From Alloascoidea hylecoeti (taxonomy: Eukaryota), in contig BCKZ01000002.1 in assembly GCA_001600815.1 (NCBI GenBank), forward strand, positions 1,682,294 through 1,746,293: a DNA stretch of 64,000 bases, written 5' to 3'. Numbering within the stretch: position 1 is the first letter of the stretch; each line of letters opens with the position of its first letter. A program made the translations under genes and the position numbers. Shown piece by piece: positions 23,393 to 36,756 of this stretch. The notes beneath the pieces are model-generated. The model worked only from the letters and a program-made list of their open reading frames with translations. It was not told the origin of the DNA and did not search any database.

Positions 23393-26300
23393 TCACAATC
23401 CATTACAACTACAATTGCAGTCAGGAACAGGGCATAAAGAATGTTTTGAGAACCATTCCTCGGCATGACCTGTGTGGGTCCCATGGTTGCATTTGACACA
23501 AAACCCGAATCTAGACATGGTCAGAAAATTTCAAACAATCAAAATCTTAAACACTAATAACATACCCTTGTCGGAATTGTGTCTCGACGTCATTACTTCT
23601 TGGTTTATGCATTCTGTCTAGTGTTGGTAGTTCCATTCCTAGACTTAACAGGCATACGGCACAACGCGGTAAAGGCGAACCACAATGAGGACAACTGGTG
23701 GTTGTCACTGTCTTCAAAAATTGACCTTTAAATCTTTGAGAGGGAAGATCCTTACCCATCCTTTTAGGTCTTGTCATCGCAATATTCTATATATTCGGGT
23801 TAGTTAGTCGGTGGGGTCACACGAACCTAATATCACTTATAAATATTAATAGTTTTACCTTATTGCATCTACTACATTGAAGATGTACCTGCTTGGGTGC
23901 TTTTCTTACTGTCATCGTTCCGTCCCATGTCTTACTCAATTTTGATCTTCCAACATCAAATCTAGCTCGTTGATTGAAAAGTTTCCAACTATTCAGCAAA
24001 TCTCGATAACTTTCTGTCCAATGATCTACTCTAGGGTCATGAAAGTAACGAGGCGACCCAAATGAAGCTATCAATGTCGCCGTTTGAACATCGCCTGTTC
24101 GATCTACGTATGCTTGCAGTAGATCAATGCCTCGAGGTGTGATTCCAGTAAGAATTATCCCTTCCAATTGTCCTTCATCAATAACTCTTTCTGCAAGAAG
24201 GTTGAGGTAAACCGTTAACTAGTAGATAAAGTTAGCTTCATTTCTTTTATTTTTATTTTTCAAAATACATACATCCTTATCAGGTAAAAATCTCAATGCA
24301 ATACCTAATCGTTCCCTTAATGGCAATGATGATTCATCTAAGACGTCCCACCAATCGTTATCCGCAATGAATGCGAAAACAGCTCTTAGATATGGATCAT
24401 CCAAATCATTAGCCATTGCACGACACCTTTCTTTCCAAGGACTATTCCCAGGAGAATCTTTATAGGCCAAATATCCCGCAACAGCAGCGGACATCAATTT
24501 CAGTCTTTCATTATTTGAATTTGCCAATATATCAACAGCTTTGGGAATATCACCATGAAACACGGCCCATCCGGCTGCTTTTTCATATTGACCAAGGTCT
24601 TGAATTTGTTTCAACTTTTCATCTAATTCGTTCAGCCCAAATGTCCACCCAGCAGAAATTAGGCATAATCTTCTTTGTGCTTCTCTTGATCCAGAACTTG
24701 AAGAATTACCTTTTTTAATGCCGGCACAAAACGGTTTCCAAGAAAATGCATCAGATATTTTAGACACCATTTTATTGTACTCTTTTTCTGTAATTTTATT
24801 AGTTTTAAAATACCGATTTTGATGTCCTAGACCAACATCCATATCCCAAATTCCCAAAACACCTTCATAACCAAGATCTATTTCATCTCGTATTATTTCA
24901 TTCGAAATTGATTTATAAGCCAACTCAACCCATTTCCAAGTATTCACAAGATGTTCATTTGATGCTGAATCATTTTGTCGTGCTATTTTCAGATTTAATT
25001 CACAATTTAATGAATAACCTTTAATAGCACGCACTCTGATTTTGGTACAAATATCATTATATAAAATATCAGAAGCGAGTAGCATTGAATCTGTATGACC
25101 ATAGTCCATTTCTGAAGATAATTCCATCATTTCTTTTGCATCGTCATCTGATGCTATTTTCCCTTCATGATCATCAGAGAATGTCAGATTTTGTTGTGGG
25201 ACATCTAATTTCCTAGGAGTTTCTATAAAAGCACCATCAGCTCCCGTAAGAAGTACTGAATTTAAAGGATCAAATGATATAGCATATTGAGATTCAGTAA
25301 CTCCCATTTTAAAAGTAGACCCAGATTGTCTCATACAAACATAATTCACTTTTCCTGGAAAATGAGGATCAGGTAAATAATCGAATGAAATGATTTTATC
25401 AAGATTTGTTTTAATATCTTCAACACTAGACACAAAAGGTTCCACTTCTGTTGTATAATTATTAACTGATTCGGTATCTAAAGAAGTAAAAGAATTTCTC
25501 GAGCCCTCGAGTGATGGTTTAAATTCTGGTGCATAACCTATTGTCCATTGTCGTATAAGTTCTCCACTGCATAATACACTAAATTCCCCTTGTCTAGATA
25601 TTGAATATCTAAAACTTAGATTATGAGTTTTTCGATTAACATCTCCTAAAAGTCTTGTAATATGAAGTAAAGGTTCTGCCCCTGAATTACCTCGAAGTTT
25701 TCTTCTATCCCACAATGAAATACTTCCATCTTCACCATAACTGGCAAAATAATCTGGTCTAAATGGATCAATGACAATTCCATGAACACATCTCGTGGCA
25801 CATTGAAAAACAGCGGTTGGTGCTCTTGTATCGATTTCTCTTAAAAACTTGTAGCTTCCAACAATTAGATTAGTAGGTGATTGAGGTAAAAAACGTATTG
25901 AGCTAACTACTTCACTTGGAAGATAAGAATATGTTGGTTTTATTATCTGTGTCGATCTTGAATCTATATACCTTGTAATATCCCAAATGTGTAAGCTTGT
26001 GTCGCTTCTTACTTTATCCAGACCAGCTGCTAAAAGACATCCAGAGTTGAACGCCACATCATTGCAAGGCCGCGAGTGTTTTGCCCTCAAGACTAAATTT
26101 GGGGCGGATGGATTGAGGATATCAAAAACAACTGTAGAACCATTTAGTAAACCAACAGCGGATAAGCCTATAAATAGGATGTTAGTTCTGAAAAGATTGT
26201 GATGATACACCAAGTATACATACCTAAATGTGATGTTGAATAATCAAGGCATTGTATCGATTCAAACACGGAGGAAAAAGAAGTCCGATCTAATGGTTCA

Positions 26301-26485
26301 TTATCGGGCTAGAATAAATAAGTGTTATTATTTTTATTTTATTGTTAGAATGAATAGTTGATGTTGCTCACCTTTGAGGCATCAATTGAATATAAAGCAA
26401 CAATATCTCGTGAAGGATTAATAGAAAGAAATTTTTGATGAGTTCCGTCTTCCCAATTAGCAGCCCGTATTATCTTCCCGCTCAT
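23393..26485 (-). CDS. SEA4: SEACAT/GATOR2 subunit Sea4 (MIOS), about 6 exons
   Basis: WD40 N-terminus (LAAGLDKVRSDTSLHIWD), DPYLRAVFAFI, GIILTGITPRGIDLLQAYVDRTGDVQTA, C-terminal LPRCAVC and CVKCNHGTHTGHAEEWF..CPVPDCNC; five GT..AG introns located. Confidence 0.93.
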
Positions 26486-26689
26486 TATAGTGGATATCGA
26501 GGATTAGTTTTAACTGTATATATATTTTTATTATTCAGCTTTGTGCAACACCTGCAGAATATATGGTGTTAAGATGTTACAGGTTGATAAAAATTAACAT
26601 GATAAATTGTCGACCTTTAATTTATATTAAATCATTACACTTTTTTTTTTTACTATACAGAGTTTTAATTAATTAGATAAAATATACTA

Positions 26690-29047
26690 TTATTCTTCAT
26701 CACTGAATGGACTCATAGCCCGTAATAATCGAGCCCCAATCCATTCCTTTTCCTCCAGTTCCATTCCATTAATATTAATATTTCTGTTTTCTATTTCTAT
26801 CAATCGATTCTTTTTATCGATCATTGTATCTGACGACGACGGTTCCAACATATTATGATCAAACCTTTTTAATAAATCCTTTTTCAAACGGGTTATTGTT
26901 TTATTTGATTGAGAGTTCAATTCGAATGATTCTAATGATTTGTCAAAATAAGTGATGACATCTTTTTTGAACTCATCTAACGTTTCGTATTTATAATTAC
27001 AAACATTAGTGTATAGATCAGTGGCAGTTAACCTCTCTTCGCTGGCTGGGGTTTCATCATTTGAATGCTCAAATAACTCAGCATTATCAATAGTCAAATT
27101 CATAATTCGTATAATTATTGGCCAGATTTTATGATATGAGGGAAAGTATAATGCTTCCATTTGTTGTCTTTGTAACTCAATAATATTCATTCTAGTTTCC
27201 TCTCTATTATGTACTAAAGTCGCCATATCCCTCAACTTTTGTAAATCTTGTAAAAGATATTTTGCAAATTCCAAAATCTCCTCACTATCTTCACCGTCAG
27301 GGAATGTTCTTTGATTAAAACTATCAAGTCTTTTAATAAGCGCTGCACCCCTTTTCATTTCTTTCTTTAAAACCCAATATCGACATAATTCAGAGGCCAA
27401 TTCTTTACTACGAAGAATAGAATGTTTATAAAGAAAAACCGAAATTGATTCATAAATAATCTCAGGAAGGATAGGAATTCCTGCACTTGTTCGCCATTTC
27501 TTAGTATCCTTTTGAAGATTTTTTCGTGGTTTTAGCTTAAATCTTATTTTTAATGAAGGTTTTCCAGATGTACCTATGGATTTTTCAATTTCAACATAGG
27601 GATTGATATGTTTTTGTTTATTAGAAAGTGACCGATGATGATTTGTATGATGTTGGTGTAACTCTTCCAATCTATTGATGGTGTTGTTCGCTTCTAGCCA
27701 TTCTTTACTACAATGTTTATCACAGTATGAAGATATTTGACCAGTTCGATTTAGTATGGCTTGAATTCCATGCTCCATTTGTAAACAAAGACCAGCTTTC
27801 TGAGCACAAGTAACATGGAAAGCCCTGAAACAATTTTTATAACTGCATTGAATGCATGCTCCCATTTTTTTCTTACAAATATAACAGATCAATTTCCATC
27901 TACCTTTAGGTATCAAATCTAAACCATCTATTGGCTCCATATAAAATTGGTTAGCAAAGGACACTTCTGGAATCCATAGACCACATGAAACATGGGCCCA
28001 TCTATTATCGGAAGTTTGTTTAAAAGCACCAGTTGTAGTAGGACAGAATATACACTTAAGTTTCTTCTTCCTAGAAACCATACATTTTCGGCATAACCAT
28101 TGTCCTTCGGGGATAAAAGGCACACCATAACATTCTTGATGAACAGCTAAATTACAGCCATCACAGAACAAGATTGCATTACTATTATCACATTCACTCT
28201 CATCACAAATCTCACATTTTTGATCATCTGGATTTTCAGTACCATTTGGAGTTTTTTTCGTTTTATGGAAAAGTAATTTTTGTTCAATTGAAAACCACTC
28301 TTTTTCAAGTAATGTCATTAAAATTTCAAATATTTGTGGAGATATTGGTGGTATAGATTGTTCATTTATTCTTCGATCATTTAAGTCTTCCAAAAAAAAA
28401 TTATCTTGTTCATCCATATCATATTCAACTCTTATGTTTTTATCTGTTTTCATTTCAAATAAAGTTCCATTATTATTCCGAGGATTGAAAACTAATTCAA
28501 CATCATTATGTAATGGGGCATCAGTCATATCCGATCGAATATAAACTTTTGGTAATACATAAGTATCTGTTTCTAAAAACCCAGCTGATACCAATGATTT
28601 ATCCAGTTTAGTTTCCTTTTGAGTAGTAACTGGAAGCTTTGTGAATGTGGGTTTCTTGTTTATTTTATCTCGTACCACGGCATCTGTCGGATTATACACA
28701 TCTGCGGTAAATGGTGTCTTTGTGAATTTGGTTGTAACAAACGTCTTTGATAATGAGGAGTTATTCTTTGAAACGCCACAACTGTCGGTGATAATATGAC
28801 CATTTATCTCAGGAGCAGTACCATTCCCATTCCCATTCCCATTTGTTATTTGTTTTCCCGGTTGGGCAGCGCCTTCACCCTTGTTTATCTCTCTCCCAGT
28901 AATAAATACTTTTAACGGTGGTTCTGTGTCAAGATCGGGATAAAACTCATCATATGTGATTTCTTCTCGCGGTTTTGCCGGATCTGGAACCGGAACCAAA
29001 GGCAAAGATCTGTTTTTCTGATGGCGTCGCCGTATTCGAGATCGCAT
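26690..29047 (-). CDS. NTO1: NuA3 HAT scaffold (EPC-N + PHD-Zn knuckle-PHD)
   Basis: VEYDMDEQD, FEILMTLLEKEW, CEICDESECDNSNAILFCDGCNLAVHQECYGVPFIPEGQWLCRKC, CRYWVLKK. Confidence 0.92.
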   Translation of the reverse strand: MRSRIRRRHQKNRSLPLVPVPDPAKPREEITYDEFYPDLDTEPPLKVFITGREINKGEGAAQPGKQITNGNGNGNGTAPEINGHIITDSCGVSKNNSSLSKTFVTTKFTKTPFTADVYNPTDAVVRDKINKKPTFTKLPVTTQKETKLDKSLVSAGFLETDTYVLPKVYIRSDMTDAPLHNDVELVFNPRNNNGTLFEMKTDKNIRVEYDMDEQDNFFLEDLNDRRINEQSIPPISPQIFEILMTLLEKEWFSIEQKLLFHKTKKTPNGTENPDDQKCEICDESECDNSNAILFCDGCNLAVHQECYGVPFIPEGQWLCRKCMVSRKKKLKCIFCPTTTGAFKQTSDNRWAHVSCGLWIPEVSFANQFYMEPIDGLDLIPKGRWKLICYICKKKMGACIQCSYKNCFRAFHVTCAQKAGLCLQMEHGIQAILNRTGQISSYCDKHCSKEWLEANNTINRLEELHQHHTNHHRSLSNKQKHINPYVEIEKSIGTSGKPSLKIRFKLKPRKNLQKDTKKWRTSAGIPILPEIIYESISVFLYKHSILRSKELASELCRYWVLKKEMKRGAALIKRLDSFNQRTFPDGEDSEEILEFAKYLLQDLQKLRDMATLVHNREETRMNIIELQRQQMEALYFPSYHKIWPIIIRIMNLTIDNAELFEHSNDETPASEERLTATDLYTNVCNYKYETLDEFKKDVITYFDKSLESFELNSQSNKTITRLKKDLLKRFDHNMLEPSSSDTMIDKKNRLIEIENRNININGMELEEKEWIGARLLRAMSPFSDEE

Positions 29048-29957
29048 TGTATAGAACTAGCATTTATGTGATTCCTATAATGCCTTTGACTCTTTTTCCC
29101 CTACTGTGTAAACAACGAGTACCGTAGATAAAATTAACCTTCCAAATCACGGGGTCGGATTATGTAACATCAAAGTTTAAAATAAAACCATAATTAAGAT
29201 GGCGTATGGAAACGAAAACAGGGTACAGGTTAACGTTATAATCATGATGCCGGTTGCTCCTTTTTGATATAAGATTATAAAATGATTTCATTATTTTAAG
29301 GAGAGGCATTAATAATGCTGTAAGTTAATTTCAGCAAGTTAAACCACAATTATTTCGTTTCAGTTGAGACAAATTATCGATAAAAGATATTGAAAACGTA
29401 TCGGTAAATGATACAAATACCTGTGGAAGGATTTGCTTTTAGTATATTAGTGAGTTATTATCATCGATAGGCAGATTTTTATTAAATCACAGTTATGTAT
29501 TTGAAAATGGCATACTCAAAGTCTATATTTTCTCAACATATAAATTGATCTTAGAGGGGACGCAGGGGAATAAGCGAAATATAAACACACTAGTATCTCT
29601 CATTCTAGATCTAACATTTTATAGTTGTGATTTTTCATTTTCTTTAGTTGTAACTGCAGCTATCCATTTTTCACATCGTCTTATACATTTAATTGTAGTA
29701 TCAAATTTGAAACTTATGTTTGGGATCTTATAATTAATTATAGTATAAATTTAACGAGAGGTAAGCTTAAGAAATACCAATTGTGTAGAGGAAGATCCAT
29801 GATCTGAAATTAGAAGTTGTATGATAAATCTCACACCCTTAAGAATGATATCCTGATTGCAATTGATATCATATAACAAGATCGTTAATAAATTATAGAA
29901 ATAACTAGCTAGCTATTATTTATATTCAACTGTAGTCATAATTGTTATATAAATAAA

Positions 29958-30996
29958 TCAAAGAAGCCCTTTCGGAGGCTGTGGAACATAAGGCTCCTCC
30001 AAATATTTAATCTCTTCATCTGTTAACTTAATTTTCAAAGCAGCAACCGCATCATCAACTCTTGATTCCTTGTTGAATCCAACGATTGGTGAAGCTCCTT
30101 TATAAATAACCCATGCAAGAGCAATTTGTGACATCGGTACATTCCTCTTTTTGGAGATATCTTCTACTCTACTAATAATTGTGTCCCTTGGTTTTGATTC
30201 GTTACCATAAAACATCGAGGTTAATTCACCTTCACCTCTTGTTGTGGATAATTTTTCTGATACTGGACGCGCTAAAATACCGCCTGATAATGGAGACCAA
30301 GGGATTAGGCCAACTCCGGTGTCTTTACAAAATGGAATCATTTCTCTTTCCTCTTCTCGATCTACTAAATTATATAAATTTTGCATAGATATAAATTTAG
30401 TCCATCCATTTTTTTCTGCAATAAATTGTAATTGAGCAAATTGATAAGTCCACATTGAAGAAGCTCCAATATATCTAACCTTTCCACTTCTAACGACATC
30501 ATCAAGGGCTTTCATTGTTTCTTCTTTTGGTGTTGAAGGATCAAACCCTATGAATTTGAAGAACATCAATATATGTTCCTAATCTTGTAACAGAATCATC
30601 AACAGCATCCATAATATGTTTCCTTGATAATCCATGTTGATTTAAGTACTTCCCATCCAATTTCCCTTGTTGTTTTAATTCAAACCATCGAAGCATATAA
30701 GGTTTTTCTTCTGGATCACAAGGAAGGAAAACCTTTGTTAAAATAACAACACTCGATCTTTTAATATTATATTTCTTTAAGAATTTTCCTAAAATAATTT
30801 CAGATTGCCCGTTACTATAAGCATCAGCAGTATCAAAAGTTCTAATACCAAGATCATATGCTTTCTTTAAAATTGAAAATGCTTTTTCTTCATCTTCAAT
30901 AACCCAATCACTCCATGATTTGGTACCAAAAGACATACATCCCACAATAATCTTTGAGATTTTGAGACCTGAGTTACCAAGATTCGTATACTCCAT
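29958..30996 (-). pseudogene. Aldo-keto reductase (aryl-alcohol dehydrogenase-like) split by a 1-nt insertion; pseudogene or sequencing error
   Basis: LGNSGLKISKIIVGCMSFG, FDTADAYSNG, YIDVLQIHR / FDPSTP, SGKVRYIGASSM, PWSPL. CAT AGG G TTT GAT shows one extra G at 30546-30548. Confidence 0.85.
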
Positions 30997-31210
30997 TGCT
31001 ATTGTTTAGATATAATTAAATTGATTGTTGGGTAAAGACTTTTTTAGTAATAAACCAACCTTCTATTTTAAAAAGGAGGAATCTATGATAGGAAAGTGAT
31101 TCTTATATACCTCATAATATTTAGAAATTGATTATATTTAAGCATAGTATTCCAATGATTATGGATACAGATTTCACTGGTTATTTCCGTTAAAACCATG
31201 TTGCTCTCTT

Positions 31211-31250
31211 CCCTTATTCCCTTATTCCCTTATTCCCTTATTCCCTTATT
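31211..31250. repeat. (CCCTTATT)5 perfect octamer tandem repeat
   Basis: Directly visible; about 215 bp upstream of the aldo-keto reductase ATG. Confidence 0.95.
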
Positions 31251-31599
31251 ATATAGTAAGATTAGTTTGTCAATGTTGAATAATCGGCATGTGCTGACTA
31301 AACAATCAGCTATACTTTTAGTCGTAAGTTGTGATAATATAACCTACGTACACTAGTAGCTTATACGTAGTAAAGATGGAGGAAACAAATGAATTGTTAG
31401 TACCGAACCGAGTACCGATTGAGCTGAGCAATGTGAAGGTAAACTTTATAATCGCACAACTTTAGTAATTAAAGCAATTAGACTTGGAGATTTTATTATC
31501 TATTAAAATTCATTCCCATCGAGTTTCTCAGTTTATAAATATTTGTCCATGTAAACTTACTCCCACTGGCCAATTTATAATGTAAATTAAACTTCTATT

Positions 31600-32163
31600 C
31601 TATAATAAGCTATCCAAAAGACCTTCCTTTTTGAGCTTTTCAAGGGCCTGTTTATGAATAATTTCAAGTTGTTCTTTATTAACATCAACTTGAGGCCATC
31701 CAACACCTAATCCAGATTCACCATCTCTTTTTGGTATAAGATGGAAATGAACATGATCAACTTCTTGATGAGCAATTCTACCATTGTTTTGTAAAATATT
31801 ATAACCTGTTCCTAATGGACTATTTAAATTTAAATCCAAAGCGATTGAAATTTTCTTAGCAATTGGTAAGATTTCTGAAAGATAATCATCTGGAATATTA
31901 TGTAGTTTTGCTCCATGATATTTTGGAATTATTAAAGTATGTCCTATGGCTGTTGGTCCAATGTCAAGAAAAGCAAATGTTTTTGCTGTCTCTATCAATT
32001 TATATGAAGGGATCTCGCCTAATTGAATTTTATTAATTAATATTTGTTAAAGGACTTTATTCAATTTATTTCTACAATTACAATCACCATTAAAAGTACA
32101 GATAATTTGAATATATTTACCTTTAACAATCCGACAGAAAATACAAGAAGCATGACTGGACAT
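31600..32163 (-). CDS. HNT1: HIT family adenosine monophosphoramidase, 2 exons (intron 32120-32019)
   Basis: MSSHASCIFCRIVKG|EIPSYKLIET, AFLDIGP, YNILQNNGRIAHQEVDHVHFHLIPK histidine triad. Confidence 0.95.
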
Positions 32164-32719
32164 TATTGCAATTGTGATTCTGTTTTTAATTTAAATTTAA
32201 AGGTGTTGACTGATAGACAAATTTCAATTTGTGCCTTGCACGTGCACATAAATCGATCGATACTAGTATATGCGTGTGATGGGTTGGCACGTTGCGAGGT
32301 TGACACCCGTAGATTCTTTCACTCCTCCACAACCACTAACAGTAGTAAAATCAAAAGTAAACCTCAAAATTCTTGCATCAAGAGACAATTAAATGATAAT
32401 ACTAAAATTAGCAGCAAGAAGTTATCATGACCTTAATATATCAACCACACAGTTTTCAAGTAATACCGGGTTGACCGGTTACACTCTTGTAGATAGAAGT
32501 TGAGGTGGATGTTTAGCATCAGCAGCTAAAGAAATATACCAAACTATTACAGATTATTAAGAGAATCGGCCAGCTAATATGGTACTTTGTTATATAAAAA
32601 GAGGTGTTGTGGCTGACAAAGAACTGCTTTTTGTTCCTTAAATATGTGTATTGACCGACAATATTCCGCGTATGATGTACACCTGCATCCGCCATCAGAA
32701 ATCCAACTAAAAACACCAT

Positions 32720-34000
32720 TACTGACAATTATGTGGTAGATGGCATTTGCAAGAGGATATCGAGGACTTTTATTAAAAAAAGAAAATGATTTGGACACAT
32801 ATCGGAGTAATAAAGAGAACTTTGAGCAGTGGTCAAGCATTGATTGGCTTAATGACCGAATATCATTACCAGCTGGAGTATATTCATAATTTCGATAAAA
32901 CTGACTTTCAAATCTGTGAAATAGCGGATAGCTGGTTCTATTTGCATACACAGAGGAGCCTTATTGGAGTATATATATGGCCAAACTCTTTACCTCGGAG
33001 ATTCAACATAAAGATCCTCTACGCATCGAAATCAATTCACCTGTCGAAAAAAAGGAACTTGATACGGGCGATTTATGCAAGGAGTAAAGGATTAACGTAT
33101 TCTACAATCATCTAATGGCTCAGGAAGACTTGTTGGTCTTTTAATACGATTGTATTGGTGCACTATGTTAATATCACCTCTGGATTTAGATATACCCATA
33201 AGCAGTTATCCTAAATAAGCTACATGATAAGAAAAACATTCCCTGAAATATATGATATCGATTTTTTTATAAAACTCATGAGTTGCATCATTTAAACATC
33301 GTTTTAATATATAGAATCCAAAAAACTGAACCTGTGATACCGCTGGTGTATGTGCTGAAAGAGCACAAAAGCCTTATGGGATAATGGACATTTTGTTCAT
33401 TTTCGATAACAATCATGAGTCTTTCCCAAATATCTAAAATATCATCGCAGAAGAATCTAATGCAGAACATTTGAAGGGAAATCTGGTATGAACCCATTTT
33501 AATAGAAAAAACAGGTGGGGAATCGGGGGATACATATTTGATAAAGCAAGGGTACTTTTATAGAATAGCAATCCATTATAACAGTAGCTGTTTTTCATAC
33601 ATACATGTTGATTGTCCCTTATTTATTTATTATTGGATTGTTATTTACTTCAAACCAATCTTGATATGCTGGTACTTCAAGATTTACCATAAGATGTAAA
33701 GTGTATTTTGGTTAGAAGTTCACTAGCGTTGCAGTTCACATGTAAGGAGTTTAGCTGAATTAATAATGATATTTTTAAAACAAGAGTGATACAATGTTTA
33801 GGATTAGATATTATTAATGAATTTTATAAATCAAAATTTGGAAAATTTATACGATATTATTTAACTTCAAAAGGTATTTATACAGAAGTTGATTTACAAA
33901 CAAGTACAATTAAAGAATTAATTGATGATACATGGAGTTATTTATGTAAGAGATTACAATTCCGTTTTTTATTACCTGATGGGAAAATTTTTTCAAGATA
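32720..34000 (+). mobile_element. Highly degenerate pogo/Tigger/Fot1-type (DDE_1) transposase relic
   Basis: Colinear fragments in different frames: W*MAFARGY (cf. WxxxFxxR), EYIHNFDKTDFQI at about 32877-32914 (cf. IYNxDETGF), IQCLGLDIINEFYKSKF at 33789 (cf. IQPLDxGIIxxFK), IKELIDDTW (cf. IxxAW). No TIRs found. Confidence 0.5.
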
Positions 34001-35859
34001 GGTCAAGATGTTTATGAATTTTATAATGATGGCGATAATGAATCAATTGAAAAGCGATTAATTACCATTTATAAGGTGACTTCGTTTTAGTCGGAAAATA
34101 CACATTCCTTCTGAACGAACTAACCAAATATTTCATCAATTATTATTCTTCTTGTAGGAAAACGGATTAGAATTCGAAGTGTCTGGTTCCTGTACTCTTT
34201 GATTGTAGTCAGCGCCAAATTTCAAGCAGAAAATCAGGTTCTCTGCAGATTTCCAATACATATGAACATCTCAAGTGAATATCCATTTCTTCATAGAACT
34301 TGAGAGTTCGTTCTATGTAAATTATGCCCAAAACATTCTAATGATGTTTGATCAGCCAAACAGCCTGATCAACACGGGATAGAATAGATGGTCTGGACTC
34401 TGTTGTTCAAATAGATATATCTTATGTATTTATTGAATCCCAGATATTTCCATTTTTTTGATGAAAGTATTGTAAATCATGCCAGACTTTTAAAAAAATA
34501 TTAAAGACCATGTTGCAATTGAACTAGTTACGCCAAAAAGTCCCACTGCCTCTTGTTTACTGTTCAAGCTTATGCTAATTAAAAGTAGATATCCGACAAA
34601 TATCAATTGGATTCTCTAGACTTACTATAATCTCTCTCGCATCGCTTTAACCAATCAAACAGATATTTTTCAAGCAGTATTGTTGGCCTTTAGTACAACA
34701 GTACTGTAATCCATCTATCAAACAATCGATATCATCTTCAGATTACACACTGTATGAGAAAAAATCTCCTTAGTTCTAGTCTCAAATCATTAATAATATC
34801 AACATGATCAATCACCATAAATTAATGAGATCATAATTTAATTTATTTTAATTTTATGATTAAACATACCAATTACAAGTTTATGAGAATATATAATTAA
34901 TGATAAAATTAAAGTTTAAAGCAATTGCAATGTTTCAATTATTAGATTTTGAATACACCAAAAAGAGGAATAATAATGATGATATAATTATATAAAAAAT
35001 ATTAATCGGTAAAACTGATAGAGTAAAAAAGATAAAGTAAATAGTATATTAAATAGGAATAAGAAAAAGTAGAGAGTTAAATCCAATGGATTTAACTGTC
35101 TTATATATGTAACTATATAGGCTAAATAATAATAAGGAGGTGGCAATAATATTAAGGGGCTTGCTGTAGTATATGAATGACCACGTAACCCCTGCATATC
35201 TAATATGCAAGGCATGTAGTTTAATATAAATCTGAAACATATGTAGATCATTTGATGATTGATCTGCACTGCATATCGGATATGTAAGCATGAAATAAGT
35301 TAATTAAAATTGAAATAACAACAAAAAATGATATGTATAAGATAATATAAGATAAGATAAAAAAATAAAAACTCTATAGATATTAGATAGTGAAATAAAA
35401 AAGCGCTAGCTTTTACGTTTTTAAAAGGATAAGTTAAATAAATAGCTTTTGAATTATAATATAAATTATTTTTATAATTATGTTTGTTTATGATTATGAT
35501 TATGATTATGAATATATGCGAGTTTTTTATTTTATTCTCCGTTTTCAATTGATTAATTTCATGATTTATTAAAAAAAAAAAAAAAAATAATGTTGTNTTA
35601 TTGGTTGGAAAAAAAAAACTTCAAATTTTTTTTTAATATTTATTCTAGGAGTTTCAACGGCAAAGTAGATCTTGAATTTTCAATTTTTTTTCTTTTTTTT
35701 TTTTTTTTATTCCTAATCAAAAAAAGAGAATGTTTCACATATAGTATATTTAATAAAAAAAAATTGACACAAACGTTATAATTACGTATAAGCTAGGACC
35801 AGAAACCAAATGACTCATATTATATGAGATCTAATAAGACAGGTTCTTTAAAAACAAAT

Positions 35860-36060
35860 TTAAGAATGTAAAATATGAACTTGTAATGTAATTGTAAGGA
35901 TTGTAAAGAATGTATGACATTTAAAGAATGTGTGATAGTAAGATTTTATGATTGTAAGAATGTAAAGTAAGGATTTTAAGGATTGTAAATTGTAAAGTAA
36001 AGAATGTAAGGATTTTAAGGATTGTAGATTTTAAAATAAAGAAGATATCGATTGTAAAAT
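35860..36060. repeat. Degenerate 8-9-bp tandem array (AAGGATTGT/AAGAATGT/AAGGATTTT variants)
   Basis: Visible periodic array, almost C-free on the + strand, about 480-680 bp past the PCL stop codon. Confidence 0.7.
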
Positions 36061-36537
36061 TCTAGAATAAAAACAATTAATGTTAAAAAGAAAAACAAGA
36101 AATCAAATGCATTTTAAATTTCATAATAAAATGAAAGTTATAAAAACAAAATGGTTGAAAAGAAAATGCAAATGTAATACTGGAATGATATAAATATAAC
36201 CCAAGTAACCGAATTTTAAGGGGTAAAATAAATTGTAATTAAGGGGGTGTTTGGTAAAAACGCTCACGTTCACCTTCACCTAAAGTTAACGATAACGATA
36301 ACGTTAACAATTGTAAATTTGTTATTGTTTAATTTGATTGCAATTGAAAAGTAATTGATTGAATGATATAAGTTTGATATGTTATTATTGTAGTGGTAGT
36401 TAATGTGTAGTAAAAAGTCATAAAAAATCATCATGAAAATGCTAAGCTTATATTTATAAATATAAAGTGTTTTTTTAAAAAAAAAGGAATCCCAAAAAGA
36501 TAATGAAAAAAGAAAAGATAAGGATGATGATGATGAA

Positions 36538-36713
36538 TTAATAACCTTTAGCCGTAAGAGTTTGTCTTCTTTCTAAATCATATCTATAACCACCAACATC
36601 ATTCATTGAATCTAAATCTTTCCTTAAACCAATATCAGTATATGAAGATAATTGAAATCTATAACCATTTCTTGAATTTGAACTATTTACATCTCCATTT
36701 CCATTTCCATTTC

Positions 36714-36756
<43 letters not shown>

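Noticed and set aside
34150..34280. Minus-strand DVHMYWKSAEN..PFS resembling a hAT dimerisation motif
   Set aside because: Too few conserved residues to support by eye.
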